A stretch of 64,000 bases of DNA. Source: an uncultured archaeon (GTDB taxonomy: Archaea; Aenigmatarchaeota; Aenigmatarchaeia; PWEA01; JAGHBM01). Numbering within the stretch: the stretch's first letter is position 1; each line of letters begins with the position of its first letter. The translations under genes and the position numbers were made by a program. Where the stretch lies: the NCBI GenBank assembly GCA_964584335.1, contig CAZOZN010000002.1:206513-270512 (forward strand). Direction: 5' to 3'. Of this stretch, positions 61,501-64,000 are shown one piece after another. A model generated the notes under the pieces. It searched no databases. It saw nothing but the letters and a program-made list of their open reading frames with translations, and had not been told where the DNA came from.

Positions 61501-64000
61501 TGACATTGATAGGGGGCTGTGCAGGCTCGAGTTAAGAAATACACCTGTATCATTTGATTCCAATACAGCCTGAGACAGCCGGTAGTTATCGGTCCAGTAA
61601 GCAGAAATCTTAAGGCTTTCTCCCTTGTGAACCACTTCCTTGCTGCTTTCGGCGCTGTACCACTTCGGCTTTTCATTTTCTCTTGTTGTCAGCTCAAGGC
61701 TTTCTTCATTGTTTTGATTTATCTGGTAATAGTTCTCATTGTCTTGTGTTATATTGCATTTTATTGTTTCAATCCCCAGCTGGTTACTGGTGAAGTTCCA
61801 TTTCGCCCATCCTGTAGAGTTGGTTGTATTGATGCCCAATAAACTAGTGGAATTATAGAAACTAACACTGTAGCCTGTTATGGGTTGGTTGTTGTTTGTG
61901 GTATCTCTTATCCTGCACGAAACAACGGAATAATTACCTCTTGTTATTTCAGATGGATTTATTGATGAGTCATATATTTCTGCCTGGCCCCAAACTCCAA
62001 ATACCAGATATTGTAAAGTTGAGTTTTGGTTATCATTCATGTCACTTGCATATATTTTTGCACTGTGATTTCCAAGGGCCCAGAACTGGTTTGAATTTAT
62101 TGTGTGATTTGTCCAGTTTTCAGGATTTGGTGAGTCTATTTCTATGTCTTCCTGTACCATTGAGGGGCTTGTTGAATTAAACTCCGCGTAAGCTGAACTT
62201 ATTTCCTCGTTCCATCTCGCATATATGTCTATGGATGAGCCTCTTAGTATGCTTTCTTCTTCGAGCCCGTAGATTTCGTTATACAATCTTGGAGCTTCGG
62301 ATTCCGTCAGAATTATCTTTAATGTGGACAAGTCTCTTTCAACAAAATAGTAATCGTCTATTAAAAATTCTACGGGGTAAAATCCCTGAGTATTGTTTGT
62401 TATGTTTACTATAAAGTAAAATGTCCCGTTTTCCCCAATCTTTACGGTACCGCCCAGGCTGGTATTCCATGATACGTTTCCTCCTGAGAAGTAACCTCCG
62501 GTGTAGTTTTTTGTTGAGTTCTCATACCATATTTCACTATTTTCTTCAATTCCCCAAACATTGTTTAGATAATTATGGGATATGTTTGCCGTTTCCAAAT
62601 TCCAGTTATCTGTACTTGATGGATTGTTTTCAAGTTCCACCTCAATCCTGTAAACGTTTTCGGTGAAAAGATTGAAGGTTGTATTTGTGCCTTGCCCGGT
62701 AATGTTTGATTTGTCATTAAATTTGTCTGAAGAGCCCGTTACCCTGTAGATTGTTATGTTTTTTATATTGATTATACTCGGGGGCGGAAGTATGTCAAAT
62801 TCGTATGTTCCTATCAAGTATCCTCCCGACTCCGATTCCAGCGCGTTACCGTAAGGGTCTGAGAACTGGGCGTATACTCTGTAAGTCTTGTTTTCCCTTC
62901 TCTCCGTGTTCCAGGCACCGTTATCATACCATTTATCATCCAGTCTCAGGTAATCGAGCGATGTTATATTTCTCTCTGTGCTGGTGTTGGTGTCATCAAC
63001 TATAGTTTTAATATCTGACCATGACCCGTCGTTTTCTTCCTGTACCTTCATTATAAGGTATCCCATAATATCCGTGCTTCCGGTATCCACAATGCTTGAT
63101 GCTATGCTTCCATATTCTTCCGCAGCTCCCAAAGTTGACTCGGGCATCTTGCTTAGCTTTTCCCATTCCGGGTCGGGGTCGTACCAGGTTTGCCAGACCC
63201 TTATCTCATATTCCTCCCCGGGTTGGAGAGTTATTGAAGTCCCGTTTCCCCATACAAGATAGGGACCGTTCCATGTGTCAATGGTCTCTGAATTCATAAC
63301 AGGAATTTCAGGCGGGAGTGCTTCAGAACCAGACCCCCATCCGTTATATTCAGACAAAAGAACCTTTCCCGGTTCAGAATCATTTAAATAAACGTGACCT
63401 ATATCCACTCCGGATGAGGAGTTTCTTCCGGTCCACTGCTCGCTTAGGCCAGAAACTTCTGTTTCTGATGAAGTTGTTATCGGGTTCCCGTTCGAGTTTG
63501 GGTATATATGAGTGTAAACGTAGTTGTCATTGTTGGGGTCATCCCTGTCATAGCTCATAGTATGGAACTCCAAATCTATTGCTCCGGTATCCACGTTCTT
63601 AATCTTGTAAGTTGTTAAAGCCGCATTCTCGTAGTCAGAATAATCCTGGGTGTAAATCCTGTGCACTTTCTTTACCTCAAGACCGGGGCAGGTAGAAGAG
63701 TCGTAATCGGAAGTCGCACCCTCTATGTCATAATATCTTGTCACGAATTCCACATAGAAGTTGTTGCTGACTCCCCAGCTGTAGCTGTGACTGTATGAAC
63801 TGGGCTCGTTTGATGATGAGCCTTGTATTAGACCGAAACCACCCGAATTGGTTCCGTCATCCCATGATATGCCCGCGGTGTCGTGCCTTGTAATTTCTCT
63901 GCTATCCGATTTTCTCTTTGAGCTGAACATTCCTTTGTAGTCTCCCGAGCTGTCCTTTATGTAGTGCCTGTAATCACTCGTGTCAATGTAATAAGCATCA
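49519..64000 (-). CDS. Giant surface protein (>4,800 aa, start outside window) with DUF2341-like, LamG/ConA-like and Ig-like repeats
   Basis: Frame stays open from 63930 to the window edge; repeated WW...W.YR, DVRF..EIEKW..FWLYYGN and F.G.IDE modules; dense N-glycosylation sequons. Confidence 0.9.
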   Translation of the reverse strand, partial: DAYYIDTSDYRHYIKDSSGDYKGMFSSKRKSDSREITRHDTAGISWDDGTNSGGFGLIQGSSSNEPSSYSHSYSWGVSNNFYVEFVTRYYDIEGATSDYDSSTCPGLEVKKVHRIYTQDYSDYENAALTTYKIKNVDTGAIDLEFHTMSYDRDDPNNDNYVYTHIYPNSNGNPITTSSETEVSGLSEQWTGRNSSSGVDIGHVYLNDSEPGKVLLSEYNGWGSGSEALPPEIPVMNSETIDTWNGPYLVWGNGTSITLQPGEEYEIRVWQTWYDPDPEWEKLSKMPESTLGAAEEYGSIASSIVDTGSTDIMGYLIMKVQEENDGSWSDIKTIVDDTNTSTERNITSLDYLRLDDKWYDNGAWNTERRENKTYRVYAQFSDPYGNALESESGGYLIGTYEFDILPPPSIINIKNITIYRVTGSSDKFNDKSNITGQGTNTTFNLFTENVYRIEVELENNPSSTDNWNLETANISHNYLNNVWGIEENSEIWYENSTKNYTGGYFSGGNVSWNTSLGGTVKIGENGTFYFIVNITNNTQGFYPVEFLIDDYYFVERDLSTLKIILTESEAPRLYNEIYGLEEESILRGSSIDIYARWNEEISSAYAEFNSTSPSMVQEDIEIDSPNPENWTNHTINSNQFWALGNHSAKIYASDMNDNQNSTLQYLVFGVWGQAEIYDSSINPSEITRGNYSVVSCRIRDTTNNNQPITGYSVSFYNSTSLLGINTTNSTGWAKWNFTSNQLGIETIKCNITQDNENYYQINQNNEESLELTTRENEKPKWYSAESSKEVVHKGESLKISAYWTDNYRLSQAVLESNDTGVFLNSSLHSPLSMSGNESWSNFSFSYPADSELGSVQWRIFGEDFFGNYNATGILDFEAWGWASVTESSLTEEPIYVGNSTKMLCKVEDSNTSSAIENYPVTFYNGTDVIGSNLTDVGGWASWNFTMNQNGIFNLQCFIQNNETLKYNKSSSYYSNESLRVALPGEDVDAPKLYNEIYGKNDTILYRGDSIVFYAKWNETPEYSYIEYNSTSNYFVESGADDESYNGNWTNYTINIDNGWIVGKHLAKIYANDSFGNMNNTLDYLEFDLYGTSKINWVSPSGAQTRGIIKLRCRVTDKDTGEGIGGYSVGFYDGGFDVLGSNTTDSEGYSTLSWDASSYNVGPEDITCKIDSSKDYYELENNPETDSQSLVLYGSLNTTIINPLQGSIHQKLDNLDMKSTTLDDLGQNIQVTANWSDSSSVIATGENTTWQVPSSYLPGEETITLDTYKQYYYSDSKEVNIEVWGRSEINQSLLNPSTIYQSQTSALYCRVRDYDSGEPLNGYEVEFFKNGSSLGLDYTNSTGWAEKSFSETSSGNYNMTCNISDSVNLFYNETSNRCKNHTLTVLQDSEAPKWSSQTQNVKGYIDETPQTGETMELSAIWTENANLGWGWLETNETGEWKNKTTYLSPMELSGEGPLKTEFEWQNESVAVGTNVFWRIWVNDSNGLVNKTDMMNFTTEIAQTLIENGKVSGQAMVGQNTTLWCDYERSRNGQDIINADINFEINKSGLTNYTPTLYNSSSSRYEFHYTPESSGIIYWKCFGEKKGYESQESSIKSFEATAPPNITDITLDPDIMGYGYSTLITANITNDDGIDAAEALVTYPNESTVKFEMTNTTNDIYEYNFTDTWQKGNYNVTIFANNTQGASTSEGPLQFYVGFNGKMGVMTEKNKYGLNEQVELTNPITGWWNTSWKYRQRLNITNMNHTTKLERGYSLNLNLDTYSLLSSEKIMKSGKDLRVLWYNTSSSEWINLDWVNETEFNSTSTQIWFGSQKNISGSQSDENYWIYYGNDNAGEPSKNRTKIYLFWDDFSSGLQSSIWNSAGLPSVSSGKLTLDSGEGVGTKENYPKTVFETSVLWDPVGSAYVWWGWINGPSATSGNYIMFSSGSNSYQRMGTNSIGLSGQIDTNEKYHKYAIKWTDGYIEWLHNDSSKKNYTGTEHDSYDLPYVIRNYNDDDQVKIDWVKGRKYIKEEPELEKVGSEQELGSIIENTGDNSTYGYVVMKVQKNNEFGWSGVEVVVNDAGFDNKRNISSGRYLNLSEIWESEGSWNSDMNQPGLYRIIAYLADNMGNMLEFDGGGYIMATSEFEIVSPEFEVENITHENLYESDINEYEIGDSIDWINITIQSLESEAVNVNVTLNILKDGEKVSWGPNETKNCSNIEKNQFCTKMFDNSSNGYRIPKDATTGTYTFNWNITIMGKNANTTFITSETFTVHNLKEQLTSSLTPDEIYKGNSSEYSFKITNPWSENITDVNVTINCPDSLGFNCSCNLTGQYGGTCEVNNILESTSWWNESWDKKREIRIDSGKIKEDLSDFPVMVKLNSSRIDYSNTQDNGEDVRFILNDTLLDYEIEKWNESGDSFVWVRLPAVSSTSNTTFWLYYGNSNAEDRQNSSGVWDENYMMVHHLEETSRTSGSYNDHYDSSGNSKNGEAMDMSDSYLDQKGIFDGANNFDGSNDHVEVPLVMPLTNFTTEIWFKTTNNNRGIFHAHGNTGSCQNGHDRHVYISGGDICVRTWPTEFGCSETLCTSGENVADGEWHKVVHTVNSLSGQKIYIDGAQKASNCKNESNFNWQNYVSIGASCNAVNEYFLGDIDEVRVSDKDRSIGWINATYQSGKDYLLDFGDEKGGNSWTASFVIQTNSSTPVGDYNITANLSYINPGSENRNWYTQESQILKVRSVGLEIIEYNYPQNITRTNTVNITTYVNNTLSSTNITNVWLNYTLPNGWINTSGSMKKFVGNITPGEIKWNNITIEVNSSSSLGPNEVIIESESSNGYEDLRKRDIEVWTGTLVTETKSSNYNPVTGDTIEISSVLLYNDTQNPVEGEFINFIMDGENIGFSQTNSSGYGSIEYQIPDTKNIGNYTINVTHSQTGHPYFTFYSYNYTTISIHDNPQISETEVSQEQIGYGQKINISSKVEDEDGLDKVRSHIESPEGYEYWIEMENVSLENFWNSSWNHRMPLLIDSGKIKEDLSDFPVMVKLNSSRIDYSNTQDNGEDVRFILNDTLLDYEIEKWNESGDSFVWVRLPAVSSTSNTTFWLYYGNSNAEDRQNSSGVWDTDYIGIWHLSQNTGNATDSTSRGNNLTEYVTPDTNMQKTGKIDGADSFDGNDDYLISDQLTSSPSTETLSLWVYAEDSGVIVSELGQKTINSGYHYTKIGLNSDKELRGNIWNCNDDLIFGTINQNKWYHLTLVYNGSHEKAYLDGELKDIYECTRSAPGSQYMAFSATESQTGGGFDDTSYFEGKIDEIQFSNITRTDSWINSTFMSGTDSLISYGESETNFFRGSFKDTWEIGNYYYYVWANDTLNNIGNSSTFSFEVLSSALIDIETEEKEYGPNENVMLEDILDNWFNPSWKYRKEINVTEENGVGRNKEPAEIFVNFAEEHAYNNSIRIYNSTGSSIHSFIKEAQYDGNYYENATVVFNVTINPNSEKTYYMYYTDSGVGSTSYGQIESTASGISTSLSGEYYQSPSFVNQLELNTSGYLLMKVQKKTGTGWGDFEVVWDDTNESIRRNVSSYNYLELRNIWDSWNTKRCDNDTYRAWVGFTDPYGNILENTNGSYIIGTYEFNITQPDSRVSLKNITVYDVTEASNTHTNTSNLIDYGLNKTFNLYTGEKYRIEFYLENSMQSTEDWDISGSDIVHVFLNNWKISESDIWYNNGTEFTGGSFNQGNVSWNTGQGGKVSPGSNATFYYVLEINTTSQEEKAVKFIINDTDFIKTYTDTFNIILSEDQPPKLKNEIYGIEPESVLRGQNIKIYANWTEEMGTSKVEFNSTNPLKNESLSPSGTWTNFTMETNSSWDTGKHVAKIYGYDLNDNINGTLTYMEFEVYGIASVTDSSPSSKTINQGEQVTFYCRVRDDENYYLEDYNISFYNSTDLMYVGKTNQTGWSNFTWTDNSLGTETITCNITDKPSSYYNASETSYQRTLELTTRENEKPKWYSTESSKEVVHKGESLKISAYWTDNYRLSQAVLESNDTGVFLNSSLHSPLSMSGNESWSNFSFSYPADSELGSVQWRIFGEDFFGNYNVTGILDFEAWGWASVTEIELNPDTIYVGNSSIIGCKVEDSNSSESIEDYPVKFYNQTHELGTNTTGSDGWAYWNYTDQSSGNELITCNITDNLPSYYNASENYVLSDTLYTAVPGEDTQAPRIVNNNYNINETNVYKDEAIKAYALWDDMPDYAYWEYNSTSSSMIENGADSPYTQNWTNISIGIGDDWLVGKHVIKAYANDSLGNMNDSLPYIEFTVKGYSEVEWISPTGYKNRGSLKLVARVKDYNNGQPIEDYTVVFYNSTWDQLGSSDTNSSGHASIDYDFSGYPVGDETLHCEIGDEPSLYYEKSIISDDSGTITLQGILNTSIQYPINESEYWRGETVKLNSTTEDENGINIIPDSVSWKSEPGEISNQENSTWIVPNDMSVGINKINITTYKNNYQNGFDERDIFVRGYSKIEWFSPPSGSKYNQTETIQLQCDVKDNETDSGIEDYNVSFYVYNNTHEWFVNTTESSPSGRATANWYVNKSIYSNGIYYTKCNITNQNSLYYNSSSNYEDNSTVNITQVEYAGRLVVKLNTPPDNTIVPLYRNFTVNATVTCKDDNCGNIEGAVRYNSTSGEPNTNIPASGTPFYTLNANPQTCNLNQDESCNMLWIVNATGNLDDYYNIDVIFYNPSNDTTNSLIRIGKVLVLNVSTNSIDWGNENPNQQGLAAPGNPYQIGLAKNSNDGDGIYIKGTHLSSGYSNLGVGNISWCKGCSGYPTSENLSTTYKTIQSNPQSGIIYNMYFWIDSYPVYFGEYSGVITIMANASW
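51783..52134. repeat. 352-bp intragenic direct repeat A, copy 1 (copy 2 at 61344-61695)
   Basis: Read-through comparison shows 2 mismatches. Confidence 0.9.
54733..55018. repeat. 286-bp intragenic direct repeat B, copy 1 (copy 2 at 56704-56989)
   Basis: No mismatch seen by eye; encodes DUF2341-like core. Confidence 0.9.
56704..56989. repeat. Direct repeat B, copy 2
   Basis: Matches 54733-55018, offset 1971 (in frame). Confidence 0.9.
61344..61695. repeat. Direct repeat A, copy 2
   Basis: Matches 51783-52134, offset 9561 (in frame). Confidence 0.9.

Noticed and set aside
51783-61695. Repeat pairs as DGR template/variable regions
   Set aside because: Only 0-2 mismatches, not adenine-specific, both copies are coding and in frame, and no reverse transcriptase is in the window

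Overview
AT-rich archaeal chromosome segment. Archaeal markers include RadB, a type II MetAP, Cdc48, an archaeal histone fold and BHB-type tRNA introns; the fermentative gene set and giant surface protein suggest a DPANN/Aenigmarchaeota-like organism (inference). It carries fermentation and energy genes (split pyruvate:ferredoxin oxidoreductase, AMP- and ADP-forming acetyl-CoA synthetases, membrane PPase, PEP synthase), DNA/RNA housekeeping genes, four tRNA genes, a tandem MoxR-DUF58 cluster, and a surface locus ending in a >4,800-aa adhesin-like ORF that runs off the window. Main observations: (1) three tRNAs hold five introns, two at non-canonical D-loop and T-loop sites, and four introns begin with a related AAGCTTTT..AAAAGCTT-type palindrome, suggesting a small mobile intron family; (2) a near-identical 25-bp inverted-repeat operator sits downstream of the TATA boxes of both hsp20 and an unknown-gene+cdc48 operon, suggesting a heat-shock regulon whose candidate regulator is the unknown 120-aa protein; (3) the giant protein ends in an unanchored pilin/WxL-like domain next to membrane-anchored Ig-like partners and contains near-exact 286- and 352-bp internal duplications; (4) several small genes or RNAs are missing from the ORF track (55-aa histone, C/D-like sRNA, 11-aa peptide unit). 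All family calls come from motif recognition by eye, not database searches.
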